Assembly (NCBI RefSeq): GCF_044704955.1
Contig: NC_091989.1
Location: forward strand, 104,284,001-104,348,000
Length of the DNA: 64,000 nucleotides
Direction: 5' to 3'
Source of the DNA: Pristiophorus japonicus
Taxonomy: Eukaryota
The notes below the pieces were generated by a model. It was not told the origin of the DNA. It worked only from the letters and a program-made list of their open reading frames with translations, and did no database searches. Numbering within the stretch: position 1 is the first letter of the stretch; each line of letters begins with the position of its first letter. The position numbers and the translations under genes were made by a program. Below, one piece after another: positions 51,960 to 64,000 of the stretch.

Positions 51960-52678
51960 CTTGAATAGAATGTTTAATCAGTTGGTCACACCGCAGGTAA
52001 AGGTTACTCAGGCAGATAGGGAATTGGTGACCATCAGGAAGAGCAGTGGAAGGAAGGTAGTGCAGGGGTCCCCGCAAAACAGATTATTGGGGGAGATGAC
52101 TCATCAGAGGAAGGCAACACAGCCAAGTCCATGGCACCAGGGGTGGCTCTGCTGCACAGGACGGCAGGAAAAAGAGTGGGAGAGCTATAGTGATAGGGGA
52201 TTCTATTGTAAGGGGAATAGATAGGCTTTTCTGTGGCCACAAACGAGACTCCAGAATGGTATGTTGCCTCCCTGGTGCAAGAATCAAGGATGTCTCACAG
52301 CGGCTGCAGCACATTCTGGAGGGGGAGGGTGAACAGCCAGCTGTCGTGGTACACATAGGTACCAATGATATAGGTAAAAAACGGGATGAGATCCTACAAG
52401 TTAAGTTTAGGGAGCTAAGAGTTAAATTGAAAAGTAGGACCTCAAAGGTAGTAATCTCAGGGCTGCTACCAGTGCGACGTGCTGTTCAGAGCAGGAATGG
52501 CAGGATAGCTAAGATGAATACATGGCTTGAGGAGTGGTGCAGAAGCAAGGGATTCAAATTCCTGGGATATTGGAACCGGTTCTGGGGAAGGTGGGACCAG
52601 TGCAAACCAGACGTCTGCACCTGGGCAGGACCGGAACCAATGTCCTAGGGGGAGTGTTTGCTAGTGCTGTTGGGGAGG
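51960..52678 (+). mobile_element. CR1 ORF1 (esterase), host of the ERV-L-like provirus; continues at 61422
   Basis: Encodes IGDSIVRGID..VVVHIGTNDIG. Ends GCTGTTGGGGAGG at the LTR. Confidence 0.95.
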
Positions 52679-53185
52679 TGTTTTGGATCAATAATAATAG
52701 ACCAGGTTTGGGATCTGGATGAATGTTAAATAAGAGACAAGACAAATGAAGTAAAGAGTAAGATACTGTTTACTGAGAGAAAAGAAACATTAATAATACA
52801 GTTTAGGAAGATAAGAGAAGTATGATAAGAGGCAACAATGCTCACAGCCTTCCGCCCATCGGGAACTCCGCAAGCGACGGCTGGTCTGGAGCATTGGGGA
52901 TCCTGGCACCGCTCGCGAATCACAGTCCAAGGTGAAGTTCAAAGAGCTACGGGACAGTGCTGTACCTTTATACTATCAAATAAACATACTATTGAACAAA
53001 ACATGGGTGCATGTGGCTTATGGACAACTCCTAATCTGTAAGGCCCCAGATGCTTGTCCACAAAGCATGAGACCTCGAGCCACGAACCATCTCATTACAA
53101 GCTGGTGTGCATCTCAAGGTTGCTTCCCCTCTCTCTCAAGCAACAACATCTACGAGCGGAGCAGAGATACACTGTGAATGACTAA

Positions 53186-56100
53186 CATAGAAATATAGAA
53201 AATAGGTGCAGGAGTAGGCCATTCGGCCCTTCAAGCCTGCACCGCCATTCAATGAGTTCATGGCTGAACATGCAACGACAGTACCCCATTCCTGCTTTCT
53301 CGCTATACCCCTTGATCCCCGAGTAGTAAGGACGACATCTAACTCCTTTTTGAATATATTTAGTGAATTGGCCTCAACAACCTCCACAGGTTCACCACTC
53401 TCTGCGTGAAGAAGCTTCTCTTCATCTCGGTCCGAAATGGCTCACCCCTTATCCTTAGACTATGACCCCTGGTTCTGGACTTCCCCAACATTCTTCCTGC
53501 ATCTAACCTGTCCAACCCCATCAGAATTTTAAACGTTTCTATGAGATCCCCTCTCATTCTTCTGAACTCCAGTGAATACAAGCCCAGTTGATCCAATCTT
53601 TCTTGATATGTCAGTCCCGGCATCACAGGAATCAGTCTGGTGAACCTTCGCTGCACTCACTCAATAGCAAAAACGTCCCTCCTCAAGTTAGGAGACCAAA
53701 ACTGTACACAATACTCCAGGTGTGGCCTCACCAAGGCCCGGTACAAATGAAGTAACATCTCCCTGCCCCTGTACTCAAATCTCCTCGCTATGAAGGACAA
53801 CATGCCATTTGCTTTCTTAACCGCCTGCTGCACCTGCATGCCAACTTTCAATGATTGATATACCATGACACTCAGGTCTCGTGGCACCTCTCCTTTTCCT
53901 AATCTGTCACCATTCAGATTATAGTCTGTCTCTCTGTTTTTACCACCAAAGTGGATAACCTCACATTTATCCACATTATACTTCATTTGCCATGCATTTG
54001 CCCACTCACCTAACCTATCCAAGTCACTCTGCAGCCTCATAGCATCCTCCTCACAGCTCACACTGCCACCCAACTTAGTGTCATCCGCAAGTTTGGAGAT
54101 ACTACATTTAATCCCCTCGTCTAAATCATTAATGTACAATGTAAACAGCTGGGGCCGCAGCACAGAACCTTGCAGTGCCCCACTAGTCACTGCCTGCCAT
54201 TCTAAAAAGTACCCATTTACTCCTACTCTTAGCTTCCTGTCTGCCATCCAGTCCTCAATCCACGTCAGCACACTACCCCCAATCCCATGTGCTTTAACTT
54301 TGCATATTAATCTCTTGTGTGGGACCTTGTCGAAAGCCTTCTGGAAGTCCAAATACACCACATCAACTGGTTCTCCCTTGTCTACTGTACTGGAAACATC
54401 CTCAAAAAATTCCAGAAGATTTGTCAAGCATAATTTCTCTTTCACAAACCCATGCTGACTTGGACCTATCATGTCACCTCTTTCCAAATGCACTGCTATG
54501 ACATCCTTAATAATTCATTCCATCATTTTACCCACTACCGATGTCAGGCTAACCGGTCGATAATTCACTGTTTTCTCTTTCCCTCCTTTTTTAAAACGTG
54601 GGGTTACATTGGCTACCCTCCACTCCATAGGAACTGATCCAGAGTCTATGGAATGTTGGAAAATGACTGTCAATGCATCCGTTATTTCCAAGGCCACCTC
54701 CTTAAGTACGGTGGGATGCAGACCATCAGGCACTGGGGATTTATCGGCCTTCAATCCCATCAATTTCCTCACAACAATTTCCTGACTAATAAGGATTTCC
54801 CTCAGTTCCTCCTTCTTACTAGACCCTCTGACCCCTTTTTTATCCGGAAGGTTGTTTGTGTCCTCCTTAGTGAATACTGAACCAAAGTACTTGTTAAATT
54901 GGTCTGCCATTTCTTTATTCCCAGTTATGACTTCCCTTGATTCTGATTGCAGGGGACCTACGTTTGTCTTTACTAAACTTTTTCTCTTTACATATCTATA
55001 GAAGCTTTTGCAGTCAATTTTAATGTTCCCCGCAAGCTTTCTCTCGTACTCTATTTCCCCTGCCCTAATCAAACCCTTTGCCCTCCTTTGCTGAGTTCTA
55101 AATTTCTCCCAGTCCCCGGTTTCGCTGCTATTTCTGGCCAATTTGTATGCCACTTCCTTGGCTTTAATACTATCCCTGATTTCCCTTGATAGCCACGGTT
55201 GAGCCACCTTCCCTTTTTTATTCTTACGCCAGACAGGGATGTACAATTGTTGTAGTTCATCCATGCGGTCTCTAAATGTATGCCATTGCCCATCCACTTT
55301 CAATCCCTTAAGTATCATTCGCCAATCTATCCTAGCCAATTGACGCCTAATACCTTCAATTTTACCCTTCTTTAATTTCTGGACCATGGTCTCTGAATGA
55401 ACCATTTCATTCTCCATCCTAATGTAGAATTTAACCATATTATGGTCACTCTTCCCCAAGGGGCTTCGCACAATGAGCTTGCTAATTAATCCTCTCTCAT
55501 TACACAACACCCAGTATAAGATGGCCTCCTCCCTAGTTGGTTCCTCGACATATTGGTCTAAAACCCTCCTCCATCGTATTGCTTCCAGTTTGGTTAGCTC
55601 AATCTATATGCATATTAACCCATGATAACTGCTGCACCATTATTGCATGCATGCCTAATTTCCTGTTTGATGCCCTCCCCAACATCACTACTACTGTTTT
55701 CTGCCCCTTGGTATTCCGTAGCTCCACCCATACCGATTCCACATCATCCAAACTAATGTCTTTCCTTACAATTGCATTAATATCCTCTCTCACCAGCAAC
55801 GCCACCCCACCTCCTTTTCCTTTCTGTCTATCCTTCCTAAATGTTGAATACCCTTGGATGTTGAGTTCCCAGCCTTGGTCACCCTGGAGCCATGTCTCTG
55901 TGATGCCAACCACATCGTATCCGTTAACTGCTATCTGCACAGTTAATTTGTCCACCTTATTCCGAATACTCCTCGCACTGAGGCACAGAGCCCTCAGTCT
56001 TGCCTTTTTAACACACTTAGACCCTTTAGAATGTTGCTGCAAAGTGGCCCTTTTTGTTTTTTGCCTTGGGTTTCTCTGTCCTCCACTTTTACTCATTTCC

Positions 56101-57677
56101 TTTCTATCTTTTGCTTCTGTCTCCATTTTGTTTCCCTCTCTTTCCCTGGATTGGTTCCCATCCCCCTGCCATATTAGTTTAACTCCTCCCCAGCAGCACT
56201 AGCAAACACTCCCCCTGGGACATTGGTTCCAGTCCTACCTAGGTGCAGACCGTCCATTTTGTACTGGTCCCACCTCCCCCAGAACCAGTTCCAATGCCCC
56301 AGGAATTTGAATCCCTCCCTGCTGCACCACTGCTCAAGCCACGTATTCATCTGAGCTATCCTGCGATTCCTACTCTGACTAGCACGTGGCACTGGTAGCA
56401 ATCCCGAGATTACTTCTTTTGAGGGCCTACTTTCTAATTTAACTCCTATCTCCTTAAATTTGTCTCGTAGGACCTCATCCCGTTTTTTACCTATATCTTT
56501 GGTACCAATGTGCACCACGACAACTGGCTGTTCAACCTCCCTTTTCAGAATGTCCTGCACCCGCTCTGAGACACCCTTGACCCTTGCACCAGGGAGGCAA
56601 CATACCACCCTGGAGTCTCGGTTGCGGCCGCAGAAACGCCTGTCTATTCCCCTTACAATTGAATCCCCTACCACTATCGCTCTCCCACTCTTTTTCCTGC
56701 CCTTCTATGCAGCAGCGCCAGCTACGGTTCCATGAACTAGGCCGCTGCTGCTCCCCATTGATGAGTCATCCCCATCAACAGTACTCAAAGCGGTGTATCT
56801 GTTTTGCAGCGGGATGACCGCAGGGGACCCCTGCACTACCTTCCTTGCACTGTTCTTCCTGTTGGTCTTCCATTCCCTATCTGGCTGTGGACCCTTCACC
56901 TGCGGTAAGACCAAATCACTAAATGTGCTATTGACATCATTCTCAGCATCGTGGATGCTCCAGAGTGAATCCACCTTCAGCTCCAATTCCACAACGCAGT
57001 CCGTCAGGAGCTGGAGGTGGATACACTTCCCACACACATAGTCGTCAGGGACACCGGAAGCGTCCCTGATTTCCCACATAGTACAGGAGGAGCATAACAC
57101 GTGTCCGAGCTCTCCTGCCATGACTTAACACTTAGACACACTGAAATTGGCAACAACAGTGTTAAAAGTTACTCACTGATATATAAGAGAAAAAAGAAAA
57201 ATGACTCACCAATCACCAGCCAATCACTTACCCCCTTGTCTGTGACGTCACCTTTCTATTTCTCTCTACTTTTTTGCCTTCTCCCTGGAGCTGCACAAGC
57301 ATGCCTCTCCACGCACCTCCCGACTGCCACCGCGTTGGGCCTTTTATAGGCCTGTCACTGACCCCGGACTTGCGCGTCTTCATGCACCTCCCGACTGCCA
57401 CCGCGTTGGGCCTTTTATAGGCCTGTCGCCGACCCCGGACTCGCTCCTCTCCCCACACCTCCCGATTGCCACCGCGTTGGGCCTTTTATAGGCCTGTTGA
57501 TGACCCCGGACTCGCGCCTCTCCACGCACCTCCTTGGCTGCCGCCGCATTGGGCCTTTTATAGGCCTGTCGCTGACCTCGGACTCGTGCCTCTCCACATA
57601 CATCCTCGACTGCAGCCGTGCTGGGCCTTTTATAGGCCTGTCGCCAACCTCGGACTTGCGCCTCTCCACACACCTCC
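53186..57677 (-). mobile_element. CR1 copy D, full length, inserted into the 3' LTR
   Basis: Tail at 53186; RT and EN ORFs at 53360-56126; esterase at 56174-56674; zinc finger CSSC..CGKC at 56705-57121; monomeric 5' UTR. Confidence 0.95.
57304..57677. repeat. Tandem array, 5+ copies of a 71-72-bp monomer, each with TATAAAAG on the minus strand
   Basis: CTTTTATAGG starts at 57341, 57412, 57483, 57555 and 57627. Confidence 0.92.
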
Positions 57678-57782
57678 TAATATCATAATTAACCCTATAT
57701 GATTAACCCTATACAATACAATTCACCCTTGATATTTAGACATTCTAAGTAATATAATCAAGTTGAAGGCGTAATGCATCAG

Positions 57783-58106
57783 CTACATGTTGAGTATGCT
57801 CAGCAACACACGCAATCTACACCTAAGAATACATACAAGCAGTAATAACGCGACAAGTAAAACAACGATCAGTGTTAGCATTAGCTAAACGAATTAGGTC
57901 TACAGTGGGAGGAAGGTTAGTAATTGTCTTGCGTACGATCAGTGTTAGCAAACTGCCACCCTATACGGCCATCCGATGCTGTGTTTGAGGATGGAAGTAG
58001 CACATATCCGATGCTGTGTTTGAGGATGGAAGTAGCACATGCACAGATAACGAGACACAGAGACTGGCCAGCACGAGTTGGTAAGTCGCCATTTTGGGCA
58101 GAATTC
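57783..58106 (-). pseudogene. Vestigial env-like region (splice acceptor, signal peptide, TM anchor)
   Basis: TACTAATGCTTCCTCCCACAG|G, then aaaATGG (58092) encoding MATYQLVLASLCVSLSVHVLLPSS. MLTLIVVLLVALLLLVCILRCRLR lies at 57881-57783. Confidence 0.55.
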
Positions 58107-58134
58107 CTGTGGGAGGAAGCATTAGTATATTATT

Positions 58135-59900
58135 TCAGCCCTGTTTAGTCAATTTACCCTTGTCAACACAGAGAGGAATATCTTGACCAGTCAGGAGCAC
58201 CCAATAAGTGTTCCCTTCTCCTTTCGTTAAGATTTCCCATTCTTGTAAGGGTTTCTGGGGGTACTGCACCCACACTTTTCCTCCTTCACAAACTGTGTCC
58301 TGAGTCTGATTTTCTTTTTCAATAGTAGGGACACTAACTTTGCCTAACATGTGGCTTATGGGAGATCCCCCCTCCACCCCCCCCCCCCCCGCAATGGTCG
58401 GTGATTCAGATTGCGCACTGCTTGTGGTAAGACCTTTAACCACCCTTGCAATGTGTTAGTGAGAGTTAATATTTTAATCTGTTGCTTAAGTATTCCATTC
58501 ATGCATTCTATTAACACTGCAACTTGTGGATAATAAGGTATGTGAAACATCCAATAGATCCCATTGTCTGCCGCCGACTGTTGCACTGTTTGACCTGTGA
58601 AGTGCGACCCATTATTGGACTGTACTTCTGCTGGCTCACCGTAGTATGTGATTAAATTCTCCAGTCCTTTAATTGTACTTTGTTAATTCGCTTTAGTCAT
58701 TGGATAAGCTATCAAAAGTCCAGAATAGATATCAACAGCAGTGAGCAAATATTGGAAACATTATTGCAATGGTAAAGGTCCTACATAATCAACTTGCCAT
58801 ATTTGTGCTGGTTGAGTCCCTCTCTTAATATGGGCACCGGGTTGTCATTGTAGGGGAAAATGCTTCACCTTTTGACAAATTTCACAGGTGTTTATGATCT
58901 GTTTAACACGGTCCATAGACAAATTTAACCCCCTATTTCATCCCCATTGTATCGTACCCTGAATGCCCAAATGTCCAGATTTGTGGTGGGCCCATTTGTC
59001 TATGCCATATTCTTCCTCTTCCGCCTCTTTGACAGCCCGTACCCGGGCTATATTATCAATGGTGTTATTATAGTCAGAGGTCTTTGAAGTGTTTTTCATG
59101 TGAGCGTCCACATGATATACAGTTATTTTCATCTTCTGGGCTTTGGACCATATTTGTGCTTTCCCCACAAGTCTTTCCCAGTTATTTGCCAGTTATGTTT
59201 ATGCCAGTTTCGCATCCAGCTCGCCATGGCCATTGGCTACTGCCCATGAGTCAGTATATATGTTTACTTGTTGCTTTTCCTCTTCTAACACAAGGACTAC
59301 AGCTGCTCATTCTGCTAGCTGGCTGGAGCCTCCCATGCCCTCATCACGCACAATTGTCTGGGTTTTTGGATTGAAGGCAGCGGCTCGCCATCACCGAAGG
59401 CCATTTCGCCAGACCACTGAGCCATCTGTGAACCAGGCATGGCTACGCTCTTCAGGTTTTATCTGTTCAAAAGACACACCCCAGGAGATTGGTGACTCCT
59501 GGGTTAAACTGACAGATGACTGCGTAAGTTCACTCTCAACTGTTTGTGGGTATTCAGCCACATGCTCATGTAGTCGGTTGATTCCTTCTGTTCCTTTACT
59601 TGCTCTTTCTGCGATATTCCATCTCCAGTGCACTATGGAGCTTTGCTGCGCTCACCCAACCTTGTGCGTCTCATTGGCCACGTCGATTACCACATACCAC
59701 TCCGCACCTTCTTTAGACAGCCGCTCTGTTATAGTTACGACATCTGGGACAGCGGTTGTCAGGGCAGGGGCAAATTTCTTCAGTTGACGGTAATCTACAG
59801 TCATCCTCCAACTTTTGTCAGGTTTCTGCACAGGCCAAACAGGATGATTGTAGGGGGACACCGCATGTCTAATGATACCCGCCCCAAGAGCCCTTGTATG
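58135..59900 (-). pseudogene. pol: ERV-L-like pol remnant (RT N-terminus fused to tether end, RNase H, integrase)
   Basis: SPYNHPVWPVQKPDKSWRMTVDYRQL..AVPDVV..WYVVIDVAN, then a deletion at about 59672. Confidence 0.9.
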
Positions 59901-60253
59901 TTTTCCCCTGTAAGGTTCACACTTTCTCAAGACTTCCCAAATACAGGACAACACTACGAAGGGTTAAAACAACCTTCTCTGTTTGAAAAAGTGGCTGGAG
60001 CTGAAACAAACAGACAGCTCCACTATTTTTCCAAACAGGCTTTCAGACACATGAAAAATTCATTCCGCAGTCAAAAAATCACAAAAGCACTTTCTTTCAC
60101 AGACAGACATTCATAAATTCTTTCTTCATTCAACAAAACTTATTATGGTTACTCCCTTGTCAGGTAAGTAATCGGAATGTGTGGGTTCAGATCTCTGGGA
60201 GCTTGGGTTGATGTGGTTCTAACGGAGAGTGCTCCCGGATCCCGGCCACACCC

Positions 60254-60800
60254 CTAGTCGAGGGGATCTTCTACATCCTCTAACAGTCCTAACAATAGGC
60301 AGGCATGCCCCACCCGCTGCCCTTGGGTTGGTCCCAATAATGCGAGTAGCGCACCCCTCATCATAGGAGGGCCACTCTTCATCAGGCTGCTCCGCATTCC
60401 TGCCATCAAGAGCTCCTGATCTGGCCCCCAAGATTGTTGGTGATATATTCCTCCCTGTGTTGCCATGTTGCGCAACTGTATCGCATCCTCCGCCATAGTA
60501 TTCCAAGGTTTTACCTCCCCTTCGCAATCAACGGCAGAGGGATATTTTTGCCAGACCCTGATAGTAACCATATCCCATGGCGAACCTGTGCCCTGGACAT
60601 TCCGTAGCACTGTTGTGATATGGTGGCCCATAGTCATAGTCCCCATTTTTGTTAACTCTTCGGGGTTAAGTATTTCTTGTAGCTCACTAGTGGTGAAGTC
60701 ACGCACCCCTCTAGTGGTTACCAGCTGTTGCCCATCTTGCTGTTTTGTCTTATTTGTCATCCCTCATCCCTCGTGCTCCACCCCGGTATTCTATACTTCT
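60254..60800 (-). pseudogene. gag: ERV-L-like gag remnant
   Basis: RDFTTSELQE..VWQKYP..WNTMAEDAIQLRNMA..IY..GPD resembles ERV-L capsid motifs. It sits directly after the PBS. Confidence 0.7.
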
Positions 60801-60851
60801 CTCCCGCAGGAGGAGACTGCTTCTTGTCTTTTCTCTTAAACATTTTACCAG

Positions 60852-60869
60852 ATCCTGTTCGTGTTGCCA
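60852..60869 (-). promoter_or_regulatory. Primer-binding site, tRNA-Ser(CGA) type
   Basis: TGGCAACACGAACAGGAT versus TGGCGTCACGAACAGGAT (recalled tRNA-Ser-CGA 3' complement): 16/18 match, 3 nt from the LTR. Confidence 0.75.
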
Positions 60870-61421
60870 AAATGTTTTGGATCAATAATAATAGACCCAA
60901 ATTCGGGATCTGGATGAATGTTAAATAAGAGACAAGACAAATGAAGTAAAGAATAAGATACCGTTTACTGAGAGAAAAGAAACATTAATAATACAGTTTA
61001 CAAAGAAAAGAGAAGTATGATAAGATGCAACAATGCTCGCGGTCTTCCGCCCATCAGGAATTCAGCAAGCGATGGCTGGTCTGGAGCATTGGGAGTCCCG
61101 GCACCGCTCATGAATCACCGTCCAAGGTGAAGTTCAAAGAGCTACGAGACAGTGCTGTACATTTATACTATCAAATAAGCATACTATTGAACAAAACATG
61201 GGTGCATGTGGCTTATGGCCAACTCCTAATCTGTAAGGCCCCAGGTGCTTGTCCACAAAACATGAGACCTCGCGCCGCGGACCATCTCATAACAAGCTGG
61301 TGTGCGTCTGAAGGTTGCTTTCCCTCTCTCTCTAGCAACAACATCCACGAGGTGGAGCAGAGACACACGTGAATGATTAAATATCATAATTAACCCAATA
61401 TGATTAACCCTATACAATACA

Positions 61422-62730
61422 GGAGAGGTTAAACTAATATGGCAGGGAGATGGGAACCTATGCAGGGAGACAGAGGGAAGTAAAATGGGGGCAGAACCAA
61501 AAGATAGAAAGAAGAAAAGTAAAAGTGGAGGGCAAAGAAGCCCAAGGCAAAAATCAAAAAAGGCCACATTACAGCAAAATTCTAAAAGCCTGAAGGCTCT
61601 GCGCCTCAATGCGAGGAGTATTCATAATAAGGTGGACGAATTAACAGCACAGGCAGCTATTAACGAATATGATATCATTGGGATTATGGAGACATGGCTC
61701 CAGAGTGACCAAGGCTGGGAACTCAACATCCAGGGGAATTCAACATTCAGGAAGGATAGACAGTAAGGAAAAGCAGGGCGTAGGGTTGCTGGTTAAAGAG
61801 AAAATTAACGCAATAGTAAGGAAGGAAATTAGCTTGGATAATGTGGAATCTGTATGGGTACTGCTGTGAAATACCAAAGGGAAGAAAACAATAGTGGTAG
61901 TTGTGTACAGACCACCAAACATTAGTATAGTGAGGTTGGGGACAGCATCAAACAAGAAATTAGGGATGCATGCAATAAAGGTACAGCAGTTATCATGGGC
62001 AACTTTAATCTACATGTAGTATGGGCAAACCAAACTGGTAGCAATACGGTGGAGAGGGATTTCCTGGAGTGTATTAGGGATGGTTTTGTAGACCAATATG
62101 TCGAGGAACCAACAGGATGGCTGGCCATCCTCGACTGGGCAATGTGTAATAAGAAAGGACTAATTAGCAATCTTGTTGTGCGAGGCCCCTTGGGAAGAGT
62201 AAACATAATATGGTAGAATTATTTATTAAGATGGAGAGTGACACAGTTAATTCAGAGACAAGGCTCCTGAACTTAAGGAAAGGTAACTTCGATGGTATGC
62301 GATGTGAATTGACGAGAATACACTGGTGAATGATACTTAAAGGGTTGACCGATGGATAGGCAATGGCAAACATTTAAAGATCACATGGATGAACTTCAAC
62401 AATTGTACAACTCTGTCTGGAGTAAAAACAAAACGGGGATCATGGCTCAACCGTGGCTAACAAGAGAAATTAGGGATAGTGTTAATCGAAGGAAGAGGCA
62501 TATAAATTGGCCAGAAAAAGCAACAAACCTGAGGACTAGGAGAAATTAAGAACTCAGCAAAGGAGGACAAAGGGTTTAATTAGGAGGGGAAAAATAGAAT
62601 ATGAGAGGAAGCTTGCTGAGAATATAAAAACTGACTGCAAAAGATTCTATAAATATGTGAAGAGAAAAAGTTTAGTGAAGACAAACGCAGTTCCCTTGCA
62701 GTCAAAATCAGGTGAATTTATAGTGGGGAA
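61422..62730 (+). mobile_element. CR1 continuation (ORF1 end, EN)
   Basis: GGTTAAACTAATATGGCAGGG resumes the host element. Encodes LNARSI, ETWLQ and GNFN. Confidence 0.92.
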
Positions 62731-64000
62731 GAGTCACTAAAGTAAATGTTGGTCCTTTAGAAGATGAGAAGGGGGATTTAGTAATGGGAAATGTGGAAAT
62801 GGCTGAGACCTTAAACAATTATTTTGCTTTGGTCTTCACAGTGAAAGACACAAAAACCATGCCAAAAATTGCTGGTCACGGGAATGTGGGAAGGGAGGAC
62901 CTTGAGACAATCACTATCACTAGGGAGGTAGTGCTGGACAGGCTAATGGGACTCAAGGTAGACAAGTCCCCTGGTCCTGATGAAATGCATCCCAGGGTAC
63001 TAAAAGAGATGGCAGAAGTTATAGCAGATGCATTCGTTATAATCTACCAACATTTTCTGGACTCATGGGAGGTACCAGTGGATTGGAAAGCAGCTAATGT
63101 AACACCTCTGTTTAAAAAAGGGTCAGACAAAAGGCAGGTAACTACAGGCCAGTTAGTTTAACATCTGTAGTGGGGAAAATGCTTGAAGCTATCATTAAGG
63201 AAGAAATAGTGGGACATCTAGATAGGAATAGTGCAATCAAGCAGACGCAACATGGATTCATGAAGGGGAAAACAGGTTTAACTAATTTACTGGAATTCGT
63301 TGAGGATATAATGAGCATGGTGGATAGAGGTGTACCGATGGATGTGGTGTATTTAAATTTCCAAAATGCATTCGATAAGGTGCCACACAAAAGGTTACTG
63401 CAGAAGATAAAGGTACGCGGAGTCAGAGGAAATGTATTAGCATGGATCGAAAATTGGCTGGCTAACAGAAAGCAGAGTTAGGATAAATGGGTCCTTTTCA
63501 AGTTGGAAATCGGTGGTTAGTGGTGTGCCACAGGGATCAGTGCTGGGACCACAACTGTTTACAAACCTGGAAGAGGAGACAGAGTGTAGTGTAACAAAAT
63601 TTGCAGATGACACAAAGATTAGTGGGAAAGCGGGTTGTGTAGAGGACACAGAGAGGCTGTAAAGAGATTTAGATAGGTTAAGCGAATGGGCTAAGGTTTG
63701 GCAGATGGAATACAATGTCGGTAAATGTGAGGTCATCCACCTTGTTAAAAAAAACAGTAAAAGGGAATATTATTTGAATGGGGATAAATTACAACACGCT
63801 GCGGTGCAGAGGGACCTGGGGGTCCTTGTGCATGAATCCCAAAAAGTTAGTTTGCAGGTGCAGCAGGTAATCAGGAAGGCAAATGGAATGTTGACCTTCA
63901 TTGCGAGAGGGATGGAGTACAAAAGCAGGGATGTCCTGCTGCAACTGTACAGGGTATTGGTGAGGCTGCACCTGGAGTACTGCATGCAGTTTTGGTCACC
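62731..64000 (+). mobile_element. CR1 RT region, another subfamily, runs off window end
   Basis: Encodes KSPGPDEMHPRVLKE; QHGFMKGK; AFDKVPH; KFADDTK. Confidence 0.92.

Larger units (their letters stand above)
52679..61421 (-). mobile_element. ERV-L-like (class III) provirus, internally deleted
   Basis: The 5' LTR is at 60873-61421; the 3' LTR is at 52679-53185 plus about 57679-57720. TSD GGAGG/GGAGA. Contains a PBS, gag, partial RT, RNase H WFTDGS..SSQLAE..YTDSWAVANG..HVDAH, integrase WQVDYVGPL..NNGSHF..HIPY, and a PPT-like AAGGGTGAAT. Confidence 0.92.

Noticed and set aside
57304-57677. Tandem arrays here and at 603-847 as CRISPR-like arrays
   Set aside because: Whole units repeat with no unique spacers, the context is eukaryotic, and they are part of LINE 5' UTRs.

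Overview
Vertebrate genomic DNA, most consistent with a shark or other cartilaginous fish (inferred from the CR1 families with (TTTCTATG)n/(TTCTTATG)n tails, the RTE and Mag-type Gypsy content and the Ig gene). Most of the window is nested, decayed transposable elements. These include many CR1 LINEs (two near full length, with esterase ORF1), RTE and L2 fragments, a tRNA-derived SINE and MITE-like elements. There are three LTR elements: a truncated deep-branching, spuma/loki-like retrovirus (22282-~26200), a complete Mag-type Gypsy with a 5-bp TSD (34973-39304), and an internally deleted ERV-L-like provirus with an apparent env vestige (52679-61421, minus strand). One host gene is clear (42636-~48420, plus strand). 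It is a non-rearranging, germline-joined VJ + C1 + TM immunoglobulin-superfamily receptor with an NKp30-like V domain and an antigen-receptor-like layout. Its cytoplasmic ITIM-type exon appears decayed and its C1 domain lacks the B-strand cysteine. All calls were read by eye, without database searches; TE boundaries are approximate unless a junction is quoted.
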